Part shown: positions 20,379 to 35,300 of the stretch, one piece after another | How the letters are laid out: each line of letters begins with the position of its first letter | Numbering within the stretch: position 1 is the first letter of the stretch | Assembly (NCBI RefSeq): GCF_963921235.1 | Contig: NC_086107.1 | Location: 116,500,001-116,564,000, forward strand | DNA: 64,000 nucleotides | Direction of reading: 5' to 3' | From: Mobula hypostoma | Lineage: Eukaryota | Notes under the pieces: generated by a model | The model's database searches: none | What the model was told of the DNA's origin: nothing | What the model saw: the letters and a program-made list of their open reading frames with translations, nothing else | Program-made: the position numbers and the translations under genes

Positions 20379-23300
20379 TGGGTGTTGGAGATGGGGAGAG
20401 GGGTTGATGGAGATGGGGAGAGGGGGTGTCGGAGATGGGGAGAGGGGTTGATGGAGATGGGGAGAGGGGGTGTCGGAGATGAGGGGTTGTCAGAGATGGG
20501 GAGAGAGGGGTGTCGGAGATGGGGAGAGGGGGTGTCGGAGATGGGGAGAGGGGGTTGATGGAGATGGGGGGTGTCGGAGATGGGGAAAGAGGGGTTGTCG
20601 GAGGGAGAGAGGGGTTGATGGAGATGTGGAGAGAGGGGGTGTCAGAGATGGGGAGAGGGGTTGATGGAGATTAGGGGGTGTCGGAGATGGGGAGAGGGGG
20701 GTGTCGGAGATGGGGAGAGGGGGGTGTCGGAGATGGGGAGAGGGGTTGATGGAGATGGGGAGGGGGTGTCGGAGGTGGGGAGAGAGGGAGTGTCGGAGAT
20801 GGGGAGAGGGGTTGATGGAGATGTGGAGAGGGGTTGATGGAGGGGAGAGAGGTTTTGATGGAGAGGGGGTGAGAGGGGTGTCAGAGATGGGGAGAGGGGG
20901 TGTCGGAGATGGGGAGAGGGGGTTGATGGAGATTGGGGGTGTCGGAGATGGGGAGAGGGGGTTGATGGAGATTGAGGGGTGTCGGAGATGGGGAGGGGGC
21001 TTGATGGAGATTGAGGGGTGTCGGAGATGGGGAGAGGGGTTGATGGAGATTGCGGGGGTGTCGGAGATGGGGAGAGGGGTTGATGGAGATGAGGGGTTGT
21101 CAGAGATGGGGAGAGAGGGGTGTCGGAGATGGGGAGAGAGGGGTTGTCGGAGATGGGGAGAGGGGTTGATGGAGATGGGGAGAGAGGGGTTGATGGAGAT
21201 GGGGAGAGAGGGGTTGATGAAGATTGGGGGTGTCGGAGATGGGGAGAGAGGGGTGATGGAGATGGGGAGAGGGGTTGATGGAGATGGGGAGAGGGGGTGT
21301 CGGAGGGGGAGAGAGGGGTTGTTGGAGATGGGGAGAGAGGGGTTGATGCAGATGGGGAGAGGGGTTGATGGAGAATGGGAGGTGTCGGAGATGGGGAGAG
21401 GGGTTGATGGAGATGGGGAGAGGGGGTGTCGGAGGGGGAGAGAGGGGTGATGGAGATGGGGAGAGGGGTTGATGGAGATGGGGAGAGAGGGTGTTGGAGG
21501 GGGAGAGAGGGGTTGTTGGAGATGGGGAGAGAGGGGTTGATGCAGATGGGGAGAGGGGTTGATGGAGAATGGGAGGTGTCGGAGATGGGGAGAGGGGGTT
21601 GATGGAGATTGGGGGGGTGTCGGAGATGGGGAGAGGGGTTGATGGAGATGGGGAGAGAGGGGTTGATGAAGATTGGGGGTGTCGGAGATGGGGAGAGAGG
21701 GGTTGGTGGAGATTGGGGGGTGTCGGAGATGGGGAGAGGGGTTGTTGGAGATGGGGAGAGAGGGGTTGATGGAGATGGGGAGAGGGGTTAATGGAGATGG
21801 GGAGAGGGGGTGTCGGAGGGGGAGAGAGGGGTTGTTGGAGATGGGGAGAGAGGGGTTGATGGAGATGGAGAGAGGGGTTGATGGAGATGGGGAGAGGGGG
21901 TTGATGGAGAATGGGGGGTGTCGGAGATGGGGAGAGGGGGTTGATGGAGATTGAGGGGTGTCGGAGATGGGGAGAGAGGGCTGTCGGAGATGGGGAGAGA
22001 GGGGTTGATGGAGATGGGGAAAGAGGGGTTGTCGGAGATGGAGAGAGAGGAGTTGATGGAGATGGGGAAAGGGGTTGTCGGAGATGGAGAGGGGGTTGAT
22101 GGAGATGGGGAGGGGGGTGTCAGAGATGTGGAGAGGGGTTGATGGAGATGGGGAGAGAAGGTGTGATGGAGATGTGGAGAGAGGGGGTGTCAGAGATTGG
22201 GGAGAGGGAGTGTCAGAGATTGGGAGAGGGGCCGTCGGAGATGGGGAGAGAGGGGTTGTCGGAGATGGGGAGAGGGGGGTTTTGGAGATGAGGAAGAGAG
22301 GGTGTGTCGGAGATGGGGGAGAGAGGGTGTGTCGGAGATGGGGAGAGGGGTTGATGGAGATGGGGAGAGGGGGTTGATGGAGATGGGGGGTGTCGGAGAT
22401 GGGGAAAGAGGGGTTGTCGGAGATGGAGAGAGGGGTTGATGGAGATGGGGAGAGCGGGTTGATGGAGGTTGGGGGTGTTGGAGATGGGGAGAGAGGGGTG
22501 TCGGAGATGGGGAGAGGGGTTGATGTAGATGGGGAGGGGGGTGTGTCGGAGATGGGGGAGAGAGGGGGTGTCAGAGATTGGGGAGAGGGAGTGTCAGAGA
22601 TTGGGAGAGTGGGGCTGTCAGAGATGGGGAGAGGGGGGTGTCGGAGATGAGGGAGAAAGGGTGTGTCGGAGATGGGGAGAGAGGGTTTGATGGAGATGTG
22701 GAGAGAGGGGTTGATGGAGATGGGGAGAGAGGAGTTGATGGAGATGGGGAAAGGGGTTGTCAGAGATGGGGAGAGGGGGGTTGATGGAGATGGGGAGAGA
22801 AGGTTTGATGGAGATGGGGAGAGAGGGGTTGATGGAGATGGGGAGAGAGGGGTTGATGGAGATGGGGAGAGAGGGGTTGTCGGAGATGGGGAGGGGGGTG
22901 TCGGAGATGGGGAGAGAGGGTGTGTCGGAGATGAAGAGAGCGGGGTTGATGGAGATGGGGGGGTGTCGGAGATGGGGAAAGAGGGGTTGTCAGAGATGGA
23001 GAGAGGGGTTGATGGAGATGGGGAGAAGGGGTTGATGGAGATTGGGGGGTGTCGGAGATGGGGTGAGGGGGTTGTCGGAGATGGAGAGAGGGGTTGATGG
23101 AGATGGGGAGGGGGGTGTCAGAGATGTGGAGAGGGGTTGATGGAGATGGGGAGAGAAGGTTTGATGGAGATGTGGAGAGAGGGGGTGTCAGAGATTGGGG
23201 AGAGGGAGTGTCAGAGATTGGGAGAGGGGCCGTCGGAGATGGGGAGAGAGGGGTTGTCGGAGATGGGGAGAGGGGGGTTTTGGAGATGAGGAAGAGAGGG

Positions 23301-26300
23301 TGTGTCGGAGATGGGGGAGAGAGGGTGTGTCGGAGATGGGGAGAGGGGTTGATGGAGATGGGGAGAGGGGGTTGATGGAGATGGGGGGTGTCGGAGATGG
23401 GGAAAGAGGGGTTGTCAGAGATGGAGAGAGGGTTTGATGGAGATGGGGAGAGCGGGTTGATGGAGGTTGGGGGTGTTGGAGATGGGGAGAGAGGGGTGTC
23501 GGAGATGGGGAGAGGGGTTGATGTAGATGGGGAGGGGGGTGTCGGAGATGAGGGAGAGAGGGTGTGTCGGAGATGGGGAGAGAGGGTTTGATGGAGATGT
23601 GGAGAGAGGGGTTGATGGAGATGGGGAGAGGGGGTTGATGGAGATGGGGAGAGAGGAGTTGATGGAGATGGGGAAAGGGGTTGTCAGAGATGGGGAGAGG
23701 GGGGTTGATGGAGATGGGGAGAGAAGGTTTGATGGAGATGGGGAGAGAGGGGTTGATGGAGATGGGGAGAGAGGGGTTGATGGAGATGGGGAGAGAGGGG
23801 TTGTCGGAGATGGGGAGGGGGGTGTCGGAGATGGGGAGAGAGGGTGTGTCGGAGATGAAGAGAGCGGGGTTGATGGAGATGGGGGGTGTCGGAGATGGGG
23901 AAAGAGGGGTTGTCGGAGATGGAGAGAGGGGTTGATGGAGATGGGGAGAAGGGGTTGATGGAGATTGGGGGGTGTCGGAGATGGGGTGAGGGGGTTGTCG
24001 GAGATGGGGAGAGAGGGGTGTTGGAGATGGGGAGAGGGGTTGATGGAGATGGGGAGAGGGGTTGATGGAGATGGGGAGAGGGGTTGATGGAGATGGGGAG
24101 AGAGGGGGTGTCGGAGATGGGGGAGAGGGAGTGTCAGAGATTGGGAGAGAGGGGCCGTCGGAGATGGGGAGAGAGGGGTTGATGGAGATGGGGAGAGGGG
24201 GTTGATGGAGATGGGTGTCTGAGATGGGGAAAGAGGGGTTGATGGAGATGGGTGTCGGAAATGGGGAAAGAGGGGTTGTCGGAGATGGAGGGAGGGGTTG
24301 ATGGAGATGTGGAGAGAGGGGTTGATGGAGATGTGGAGAGAGGGGTTGTTGGAGATGGGGAGAGGGGTTGATGGAGATGGGGAGAGGGGTTGATGGAGAT
24401 GGGGAGGGGGTTGATGGAGATGGGGAGGGGGGGTGTCGGAGATGGGGAGAGAGGGGTTGTCGGAGATGGGGAGAGAGGAGTTGATGGAGATGGGGAAAGG
24501 GGTTGTCGGAGATGGGGAGAGAAGATTTGATGGAGATGGGGAGAGAGGGGTTGATGGAGATGGGGAGAGAGGGGTTGTCGGAGATGAGGAGGGGGGGTGT
24601 CGGAGATGGGGAGAGAGGGTGTGTCGGAGATGAAGAGAGAGGGGTTGATGGAGATGGGGAAAGAGGGGTTGTCGGAGATAGAGAGAGGGGTTGATGGAGA
24701 TGGGGAGAGGGGGTTGATGGAGATTGGGGGGGTCGGAGATGGGGAGAGGGGGTTGTCGGAGATGGGGAGAGAGGGGTGTTGGAGATGGGGAGAGGGGTTG
24801 ATGGAGATGGGGAGAGGGGTTGATGGAGATGGGCAGAGAGGGGGTGTCGGAGATGGGGGAGAGGGAGTGTCAGAGATTGGGAGAGAGGGGCCGTCGGAGA
24901 TTGGGAGAGAGGGGTTGATGGAGATGGGGAGAGGGGGTTGATGGAGATGGGTGTCCGAGATGGGGAAAGAGGGGTTGATGGAGATGGGGAGAGAGGGGTT
25001 GAGGAAGATTGGGGGTGTCGGAGATGGGGAGAGAGGGTTGGTGGAGATTGGGGGGTGTCGGAGATGGGGAGAGGGGTTGATGGAGATGGGGAGAGGGGTT
25101 GATGGAGATGGGGAGAGGGGGTGTCGGAGGGGGAGAGAGGGGTTGTTGGAGATGGGGAGAGAGGGGTTGATGGAGATGGGGAGAGGGGTTGATGGAGATG
25201 GGGAGAGAGGGGTTGATGGAGATGGGGAGAGGGGTTGATGGAGATGGGGAGAGGGGGTGTCGGAGGGGGAGAGAGGGGTTGTTGGAGATGGGGAGAGAGG
25301 GGTTGATGGAGATGGGGAGAGGGGTTGATGGAGATTGGTGTCCGAGATGGGGAAAGAGGGGTTGATGGAGATGGGGAGAGAGGGGTTGATGAAGATTGGG
25401 GGTGTCGGAGATGGGGAGAGAGGGGTTGGTGGAGATTGGGGGGTGTCGGAGATGGGGAGAGGGGTTGATGGAGATGGGGAGAGGGGTTGATGGAGATGGG
25501 GAGAGGGGGTGTCGGAGGGGGAGAGAGGCGTTGTTGGAGATGGGGAGAGAGGGGTTGATGGAGATGGGGAGAGGGGTTGATGGAGATGGGGAGAGGGGTT
25601 GATGGAGATGGGGAGAGGTGGTGTCGGAGGGGGAGAGAGGGGTTGTTGGAGATGGGGAGAGAGGGGTTGATGGAGATGGGGAGAGGGGTTGATGGAGAAT
25701 GGGAGGTGTCGGAGATGGGGAGAGGGGGTTGATGGAGATTGGGGGGTGTCGGAGATGGGGAGAGGGGGTTTATGGAGATTGAGGGGTGTTGGAGATGGAG
25801 AGGGGGGTTGATGGAGATTGGGGGGTGTTGGAGAGGGGGTTGATGGAGATTGAGGGGTGTCGGATGCGGAGAGGGGTTGATGGAGATGGGGAGAGAGGGG
25901 TTGATGGAGATGGGGAGAGGGGGTGTCGGAGGGGGAGAGAGGGGTTGTTGGAGATGGGGAGAGAGGGGTTGATGGAGATGGGGAGAGAGGGGTGTTGGAG
26001 ATGGGGAGAGGGGTTGATGGAGATGGGGAGAAGGGGTTGATGGAGAATGGGGGGTGACGGAGATGGGGAAAGGGGGTTGATGGAGATTGGGGGGTGTCGG
26101 AGATGGGGAGAGGGGTTGATGGAGATGAGGAGTTGTCAGAGATGGGGAGAGAGGGGTGTCGGAGATGGGGAGAGGGGTTGATGGAGATGGGGAGAGAGGG
26201 GTTGATGAAGATTGGGGGTGTCGGAGATGGGGAGAGAGGGGTTGGTGGAGATTGGGGGTGTCGGAGATGGGGAGAGGGGTTGATGGAGATGGGGAGAGAG

Positions 26301-29300
26301 GGGTTGATGGAGATGGGGAGAGGGGTTGATGGAGATGGGGAGAGGGGGTGTCGGAGGGGGAGAGAGGGGTTGTTGGAGATGGGGAGAGAGGGGTTGATGG
26401 AGATGGGGAGAGGGGGTTGATGGAGAATGGGAGGTGTCGGAGATGGGGAGAGGGGGTTGATGGAGATTGGGGGGTGTCGGAGATGGGGAGAGGGGGTTTA
26501 TGGAGATTGAGGGGTGTTGGAGATGGAGAGGGGTGTTGATGGAGATTGGGGGTGTGTCAGAGATGGGGAGAGGGGTTGATGGAGATGGGGAGAGAGGGGT
26601 TGATGAATATTGGGGGTGTCGGAGATGGGGAGAGAGGGGTTGGTGGAGATTGGGGGGTGTCGGAGATGGGGAGAGGGGTTGATGGAGATGGGGAGAGAGG
26701 GGTTGATGGAGATGGGGAGAGGGGGTGATGGAGATTGGGGGGTGTTGGAGAGGGGGTTGATGGAGATTGAGGGGTGTCGGATGGGGAGAGGGGTTGATGG
26801 AGATGGGGAGAGAGGGGTTGATGGAGATGGGGAGAGGGGGTGTCGGAGATGGGGAGAGAGGGGTGTTGGAGATGGGGAGAGGGGTTGATGGAGATGGGGA
26901 GAGGGGGTTGATGGAGAATGGGGAGTGACGGAGATGGGGAGAAGGGGTTGATGGAGATTGGGGGGTGTCGGAGATGGGGAGAGGGGATTGTCGGAGATGG
27001 GGAGAGGGGGTTGTTGGAGATGGGGAGAGGGGGTTGATGGAGATTGAGGGGTGTCGGAGATGGGGAGAGGGGGTTGATGGAGATTGGGGGGTGTCAGAGA
27101 TGGGGAGAGGGGGGTGTCGGAGATGGGGAAAGGGGGTTGATGGAGATTGAGGGGTGTCGGAGATGGGGAGGGGTGTGTCGGAGATGGGGAGAAGGGGTTG
27201 ATGGAGATTGAGGGGTGTCGGAGATGGGGAGAGAGGGGTGTTGGAGATGGGGAGAAGGGGTTGATGGAGATTGAGGGGTGTCGGAGCTGGGGAGAGAGGG
27301 GTGTTGGAGATGGGGAGAGGGGGTTGATGGAGATTGGGGGGTGTCGGAGATGGGGAGAGGGGGTTGATGGAGATTGAGGGGTGTCGGAGATGGGGAGAGA
27401 GGGGTGTTGGAGATGCGGAGAGGGGGTTGATGGAGATTGGGGGGTGTCGGAGATGGGGAGAGGGGGTTGATGGAGATTGAGGGGTGTCGGAGATGGGGAG
27501 AGAGGGGTATTGGAGATGCCGAGAGGGGGTTGATGGAGATTGGGGGGTGTCAGAGATGAAGAGAGGGGGTTGATGGAGATTGAGGGGTGTCGGAGATGGG
27601 GAGAGGGGGATGATGGAGATTGGGGGGTGTCGGAGATGGGGAGAGGGGGGTGTCGGAGATGGGGAGAGGGGGTTGATGGAGATTGAGGGGTGTTGGAGAT
27701 GGGGAGAGAGGGCTGTCGGAGATGGGGAGAGAGGGGTTGATGGAGATGGGGAAAGAGGGGTTGTCGGAGATGGAGAGAGAGGAGTTGATGGAGATGGGGA
27801 AAGGGGTTGTCGGAGATGGAGAGAGGGGTTGATGGAGATGGGGAGGGGGGTGTCAGAGATGTGGAGAGGGGTTGATGGAGATGGGGAGAGGGGGTTGATG
27901 GAGTTGGGGAGAGACGAGTTGATGGAGATGGGGAAAGGGGTTGTCAGAGATGGGGAGAGGGGGGTTGATGGAGATGGGGAGAGAAGGTTTGATGGAGATG
28001 GGGAGAGAGGGGTTGATGGAGATGGGGAGAGAGGGGTTGATGGAGATGGGGAGAGAGGGGTTGTCGGAGATGGGGAGGGGGGTGTCGGAGATGGGGAGAG
28101 AGGGTGTCGGAGATGAAGAGAGCGGGGTTGATGGAGATGGGGGGGTGTCGGAGATGGGGAAAGAGGGGTTGTCGGAGATGGAGAGAGGGGTTGATGGAGA
28201 TGGGGAGAAGGGGTTGATGGAGATTGGGGGGTGTCGGAGATGGGGTGAGGGGGTTGTCGGAGATGGAGAGAGGGGTTGATGGAGATGGGGAGGGGGGTGT
28301 CAGAGATGTGGAGAGGGGTTGATGGAGATGGGGAGAGAAGGTTTGATGGAGATGTGGAGAGAGGGGGTGTCAGAGATTGGGGAGAGGGAGTGTCAGAGAT
28401 TGGGAGAGGGGCCGTCGGAGATGGGGAGAGAGGGGTTGTCGGAGATGGGGAGAGGGGGGTTTTGGAGATGAGGAAGAGAGGGTGTGTCGGAGATGGGGGA
28501 GAGAGGGTGTGTCGGAGATGGGGAGAGGGGTTGATGGAGATTGGGGGGTGTCGGAGATGGGGTGAGGGGGTTGTCGGAGATGGGGAGGGAGGGGTGTTGG
28601 AGATGGGGAGAAGGGTTAATGGAGATGGGGAGAGGGGTTGATGGAGATGGGGAGAGGGGTTGATGGAGATGGGGAGAGAGGGGGTGTCGGAGATGGGGGA
28701 GAGGGAGTGTCAGAGATTGGGAGAGAGGGGCCGTCGGAGATGGGGAGAGAGGGGTTGATGGAGATGGGGAGAGGGGGTTGATGGAGATGGGTGTCTGAGA
28801 TGGGGAAAGAGGGGTTGATGGAGATGGGTGTCGGAAATGGGGAAAGAGGGGTTGTCGGAGATGGAGGGAGGGGTTGATGGAGATGAGGAGAGAGGGGTTG
28901 ATGGAGATGTGGAGAGAGGGGTTGTTGGAGATGGGGAGAGGGGTTGATGGAGATGGGGAGAGGGGTTGATGGAGATGGGGAGGGGGTTGATGGAGATGGG
29001 GAGGGGGGTGTCGGAGATGGGGAGAGAGGGGTTGTCGGAGATGGGGAGAGAGGAGTTGATGGAGATGGGGAAAGGGGTTGTCGGAGATGGGGAGAGAAGA
29101 TTTGATGGAGATGGGGAGAGAGGGGTTTATGGAGATGGGGAGAGAGGGGTTGTCGGAGATGGGGAGGGGGGATGTCGGAGATGGGGAGAGAGGGTGTGTC
29201 GGAGATGAAGAGAGAGGGGTTGATGGAGATGGGGAAAGAGGGGTTGTCGGAGATAGAGAGAGGGGTTGATGGAGATGGGGAGAGGGGGTTGATGGAGATT

Positions 29301-32300
29301 GGGGGGTGTCGGAGATGGGGAGAGGGTGTTGTTGGAGATGGGGAGAGAGGGGTGTTGGAGAAGGGGAGAGGGGTTGATGGAGATGGGGAGAGGGGTTGAT
29401 GGAGATGGGCAGAGAGGGGGTGTCGGAGATGGGGGAGAGGGAGTGTCAGAGATTGGGAGAGAGGGGCCGTCAGAGATTGGGAGAGAGGGGTTGATGGAGA
29501 TGGGGAGAGGGGGTTGATGGAGATGGGTGTCCGAGATGGGGAAAGAGGGGATGATGGAGATGGGGAGAGAGGGGTTGAGGAAGATTGGGGGTGTCGGAGA
29601 TGGGGAGAGAGGGGTTGGTGGAGATTGGGGGGTGTCGGAGATGGGGAGAGGGGTTGATGGAGATGGGGAGAGGGGTTGATGGAGATGGGGAGAGGGGGTG
29701 TCGGAGGGGGAGAGAGGGGTTGTTGGAGATGGGGAGAGAGGGGTTGATGGAGATGGGGAGAGGGGTTGATGGAGATGGGGAGAGGGGTTGATGGAGATGG
29801 GGAGAGGTGGTGTCGGAGGGGGAGAGAGGGGTTGTTGGAGATGGGGAGAGAGGGGTTGATGGAGATGGGGAGAGGGGTTGATGGAGAATGGGAGGTGTCG
29901 GAGATGGGGAGAGGGGGTTGATGGAGATTGGGGGGTGTCGGAGATGGGGAGAGGGGGTTTATGGAGATTGAGGTGTGTCGGAGATGGAGAGGGGGGTTGA
30001 TGGAGATTGGGGGGTGTTGGAGAGGGGGTTGATGGAGATTGAGGGGTGTCGGATGCGGAGAGGGGTTGATGGAGATGGGGAGAGAGGGGTTGATGGAGAT
30101 GGGGAGAGGGGGTGTCGGAGGGGGAGAGAGGGGTTGTTGGAGATGGGGAGAGAGGGGTTGATGGAGATGGGGAGAGAGGGGTGTTGGAGATGGTGAGAGG
30201 GGTTGATGGAGATGGGGAGAAGGGGTTGATGGAGAATGGGGGTTGACGGAGATGGGGAAAGGGGGTTGATGGAGATTGGGGGGTGTCGGAGATGGGGAAA
30301 GGGGTTGATGGAGATGAGGAGTTGTCAGAGATGGGGAGAGAGGGGTGTCGGAGATGGGGAGAGGTGTTGATGGAGATGGGGAGAGAGGGGTTGATGAAGA
30401 TTGGGGGTGTCGGAGATGGGGAGAGAGGGGTTGGTGGAGATTGGGGGGTGTCGGAGATGGGGAGAGGGGTTGATGGAGATGGGGAGAGAGGGGTTGATGG
30501 AGATGGGGAGAGGGGTTGATGGAGATGGGGAGAGGGGGTGTCGGAGGGGGAGAGAGGGGTTGTTGGAGATGGGGAGAGAGGGGTTGATGGAGATGGGGAG
30601 AGGGGGTTGATGGAGAATGGGAGGTGTCGGAGATGGGGAGAGGGGGTTGATGGAGATTGGGGGGTGTCGGAGATGGGGAGAGGGGGTTTATGGAGATTGA
30701 GGGGTGTTGGAGATGGAGAGGGGGGTTGATGGAGATTGGGGGTGTGTCGGAGATGGGGAGAGGGGTTGATGGAGATGGGGAGAGAGGGGTTGATGAATAT
30801 TGGGGGTGTCGGAGATGGGGAGAGAGGGGTTGGTGGAGATTGGGGGGTGTCGGAGATGGGGAGAGGGGTTGATGGAGATGGGGAGAGAGGGGTTGATGGA
30901 GATGGGGAGAGGGGGTGATGGAGATTGGGGGGTGTTGGAGAGGGGGTTGATGGAGATTGAGGGGTGTCGGATGGGGAGAGGGGTTGATGGAGATGGGGAG
31001 AGAGGGGTTGATGGAGATGGGGAGAGGGGGTGTCGGAGGGGGAGAGAGGGGTTGTTGGAGAGGGGTTGATGAAGATGGGGAGAGGGGGTGTCGGAGATGG
31101 GGAGAGAGGGGTGTTGGAGATGGGGAGAGGGGTTGATGGAGATGGGGAGAGGGGGTTGATGGAGAATGGGGGGTGACGGAGATGGGGAGAAGGGGTTGAT
31201 GGAGATTGGGGGGTGTCGGAGATGGGGAGAGGGGATTGTCGGAGATGGGGAGAGGGGGTTGTTGGAGATGGGGAGAGGGGGTTGATGGAGATTGAGGGGT
31301 GTCGGAGATGGGGAGAGGGGGTTGATGGAGATTGGGGGTTGTCAGAGATGGGGGGAGGGGGGTGTCGGAGATGGGGAAAGGGGGTTGATGGAGATTGAGG
31401 GGTGTCGGAGATGGGGAGAGGGGGTTGATGGAGATTGGAGGGTGTCGGAGATGGGGAGGGGTGTGTCGGAGATGGGGAGAAGGGGTTGATGGAGATTGAG
31501 GGGTGTCGGAGATGGGGAGAGAGGGGTGTTGGAGATGGGGAGAAGGGGTTGATGGAGATTGAGGGGTGTTGGAGCTGGGGAGAGAGGGGTGTTGGAGATG
31601 GGGAGAGGGGGTTGATGGAGATTGGGGGGTGTCGGAGATGGGGAGAGGGGGTTGATGGAGATTGAGGGGTGTCGGAGATGGGGAGAGAGGGGTGTTGGAG
31701 ATGGGGAGAGGGGGTGTCGGAGATGGGGAGAGAGGGGTGTTGGAGATGGGGAGAGGGGTTGATGGAGATGGGGAGAGGGGGTTGATGGAGAATGGGGGGT
31801 GACGGAGATGGGGAGAGGGGGTTGATGGAGATTGAGGGGTGTCGGAGATGGGGAGAGGGGATTGTCGGAGATGGGGAGAGGTGGTTGTTGGAGATGGGGA
31901 GAGGGGGTTGATGGAGATTGAGGGGTGTCGGAGATGGGGAGAGGGGGTTGATGGAGATTGGGGGGTGTCAGAGATGGGGGGAGGGGTGTGTCGGAGATGG
32001 GGAAAGGGGGTTGATGGAGATTGAGGGGTGTCGGAGATGGGGAGAGGGGGTTGATGGAGATTGGAGGGTGTCGGAGATGGGGAGGGGTGTGTCGGAGATG
32101 GGGAGAAGGGGTTGATGGAGATTGAAGGGTGTCGGAGATGGGGAGAGAGGGGTGTTGGAGATGGGGAGAAGGGGTTGATGGAGATTGAGGGGTGTCGGAG
32201 CTGGGGAGAGAGGGGTGTTGGAGATGGGGAGAGGCGGTTGATGGAGATTGGGGGTTGTCGGAGATGGGGAGAGGGGGTTGATGGAGATTGAGGGGTGTTG

Positions 32301-35300
32301 GAGATGGAGAGGGGGGTTGATGGAGATTGGGGGTGTGTCGGAGATGGGGAGAGGGGTTGATGGAGATGGGGAGAGAGGGGTTGATGAATATTGGGGGTGT
32401 CGGAGATGGGGAGAGAGGGGTTGGTGGAGATTGGGGGGTGTCGGAGATGGGGAGAGGGGTTGATGGAGATGGGGAGAGAGGGGTTGATGGAGATGGGGAG
32501 AGGGGGTGATGGAGATTGGGGGGTGTTGGAGAGGGGGTTGATGGAGATTGAGGGGTGTCGGATGGGGAGAGGGGTTGATGGAGATGGGGAGAGAGAGGTT
32601 GATGGAGATGGGGAGAGGGGGTGTCGGAGGGGGAGAGAGGGGTTGTTGGAGAGGGGTTGATGAAGATGGGGAGAGGGGGTGTCGGAGATGGGGAGAGAGG
32701 GGTGTTGGAGATGGGGAGAGGGGTTGATGGAGATGGGGAGAGGGGGTTGATGGAGAATGGGGGGTGACGGAGATGGGGAGAAGGGGTTGATGGAGATTGG
32801 GGGGTGTCGGAGATGGGGAGAGGGGATTGTCGGAGATGGGGAGAGGGGGTTGTTGGAGATGGGGAGAGGGGGTTGATGGAGATTGAGGGGTGTCGGAGAT
32901 GGGGAGAGGGGGTTGATGGAGATTGGGGGTTGTCAGAGATGGGGGGAGGGGGGTGTCGGAGATGGGGAAAGGGGGTTGATGGAGATTGAGGGGTGTCGGA
33001 GATGGGGAGAGGGGGTTGATGGAGATTGGAGGGTGTCGGAGATGGGGAGGGGTGTGTCGGAGATGGGGAGAAGGGGTTGATGGAGATTGAGGGGTGTCGG
33101 AGATGGGGAGAGAGGGGTGTTGGAGATGGGGAGAAGGGGTTGATGGAGATTGAGGGGTGTCGGAGCTGGGGAGAGAGGGGTGTTGGAGATGGGGAGAGGG
33201 GGTTGATGGAGATTGGGGGGTGTCGGAGATGGGCAGAGGGGGTTGATGGAGATTGAGGGGTGTCGGAGATGGGGAGAGAGGGGTGTTGGAGATGGGGAGA
33301 GGGGGTGTCGGAGATGGGGAGAGAGGGGTGTTGGAGATGGGGAGAGGGGTTGATGGAGATGGGGAGAGGGGGTTGATGGAGAATGGGGGGTGACGGAGAT
33401 GGGGAGAGGGGGTTGATGGAGATTGAGGGGTGTCGGAGATGGGGAGAGGGGGTTGATGGAGATTGGAGGGTGTCGGAGATGGGGAGGGGTGTGTCGGAGA
33501 TGGGGAGAAGGGGTTGATGGAGATTGAGGGGTGTCGGAGATGGGGAGAGAGGGGTGTTGGAGATGGGGAGAAGGGGTTGATGGAGATTGAGGGGTGTCGG
33601 AGCTGGGGAGAGAGGGGTGTTGGAGATGGGGAGAGGGGGTTGATGGAGATTGAAGGGTGTCGGAGATGGGGAGAGAGGGGTGTTGGAGATGCGGAGAGGG
33701 GGTTGATGGAGATTGGGGGGTGTCGGAGATGGAGAGCGGGGTTGATGGAGATTGGGGGGTGTTGGAGAGGGGGTTGATGGAGATTGAGGGGTGTCGGATG
33801 GGGAGAGGGGTTGATGGAGATGGGGAGAGAGGGGTTGATGGAGATGGGGAGAGGGGGTGTCGGAGGGGGAGAGAGGGGTTGTTGGAGATGGGGAGAGAGG
33901 GGTTGATGGAGATGGGGAGAGGGGGTGTCGGAGATGGGGAGAGAGGGGTGTTGGAGATGGGGAGAGGGGTTGATGGAGATGGGGAGAGGGGGTTGATGGA
34001 GAATGGGGGGTGACGGAGATGGGGAGAGGGGGTTGATGGAGATTGGGGGGGTGTCGGGGATGGGGAGAGGGGGTTGTCGGAGATGGGGAGAGGGGGTTGT
34101 TGGAGATGGGGAGAGGGGGTTGATGGAGATTGAGGGGTGTCGGAGATGGGGAGAGAGGGTTGATGGAGATTGGGGGGTGTCAGAGATGGGGGGAGGGGGG
34201 TGTCGGAGATGGGGAAAGGGGGTTGATGGAGATTGAGGGGTGTCGGAGATGGGGAGAGGGGGTTGATGGAGATTGGAGGGTGTCGGAGATAGGGAGGGGT
34301 GTGTCGGAGATGGGGAGAAGGGGTTGATGGAGATTGAGGGGTGTCGGAGATGGGGAGAGAGGGGTGTTGGAGATGGGGAGAGGGGGTGTCGGAGATGGGG
34401 AGAGAGGGGTGTTGGAGATGGGGAGAGGGGTTGATGGAGATGGGGAGAGGGGGTTGATGGAGAATGGGGGGTGACGGAGATGGGGAGAGGGGGTTGATGG
34501 AGATTGAGGGGTGTCGGAGATGGGGAGAGGGGATTGTCGGAGATGGGGAGAGGTGGTTGTTGGAGATGGGGAGAGGGGGTTGATGGAGATTGAGGGGTGT
34601 CGGAGATGGGGAGAGGGGGTTGATGGAGATTGGGGGGTGTCAGAGATGGGGGGAGGGGGGTGTCGGAGATGGGGAAAGGGGGTTGATGGAGATTGAGGGG
34701 TGTCGGAGATGGGGAGAGGGGGTTGATGGAGATTGGAGGGTGTCGGAGATGGGGAGGGGTGTGTCGGAGATGGGGAGAAGGGGTTGATGGAGATTGAGGG
34801 GTGTCGGAGATGGGGAGAGAGGGGTGTTGGAGATGGGGAGAAGGGGTTGATGGAGATTGAGGGGTGTCGGAGCTGGGGAGAGAGGGGTGTTGGAGATGGG
34901 GAGAGGGGGTTGATGGAGATTGGGGGGTGTCGGAGATGGGGAGAGGGGGTTGATGGAGATTGAGGGGTGTCGGAGATGGGGAGAGAGGGGTGTTGGAGAT
35001 GGGGAGAGGGGGTGTCGGAGATGGGGAGAGAGGGGTGTTGGAGATGGGGAGAGGGGTTGATGGAGATGGGGAGAGGGGGTTGATGGAGAATGGGGGGTGA
35101 CGGAGATGGGGAGAGGGGGTTGATGGAGATTGAGGGGTGTCGGAGATGGGGAGAGGGGATTGTCGGAGATGGGGAGAGGTGGTTGTTGGAGATGGGGAGA
35201 GGGGGTTGATGGAGATTGAGGGGTGTCGGAGATGGGGAGAGGGGGTTGATGTAGATTGGGGGGTGTCAGAGATGGGGGGAGGGGTGTGTCGGAGATGGGG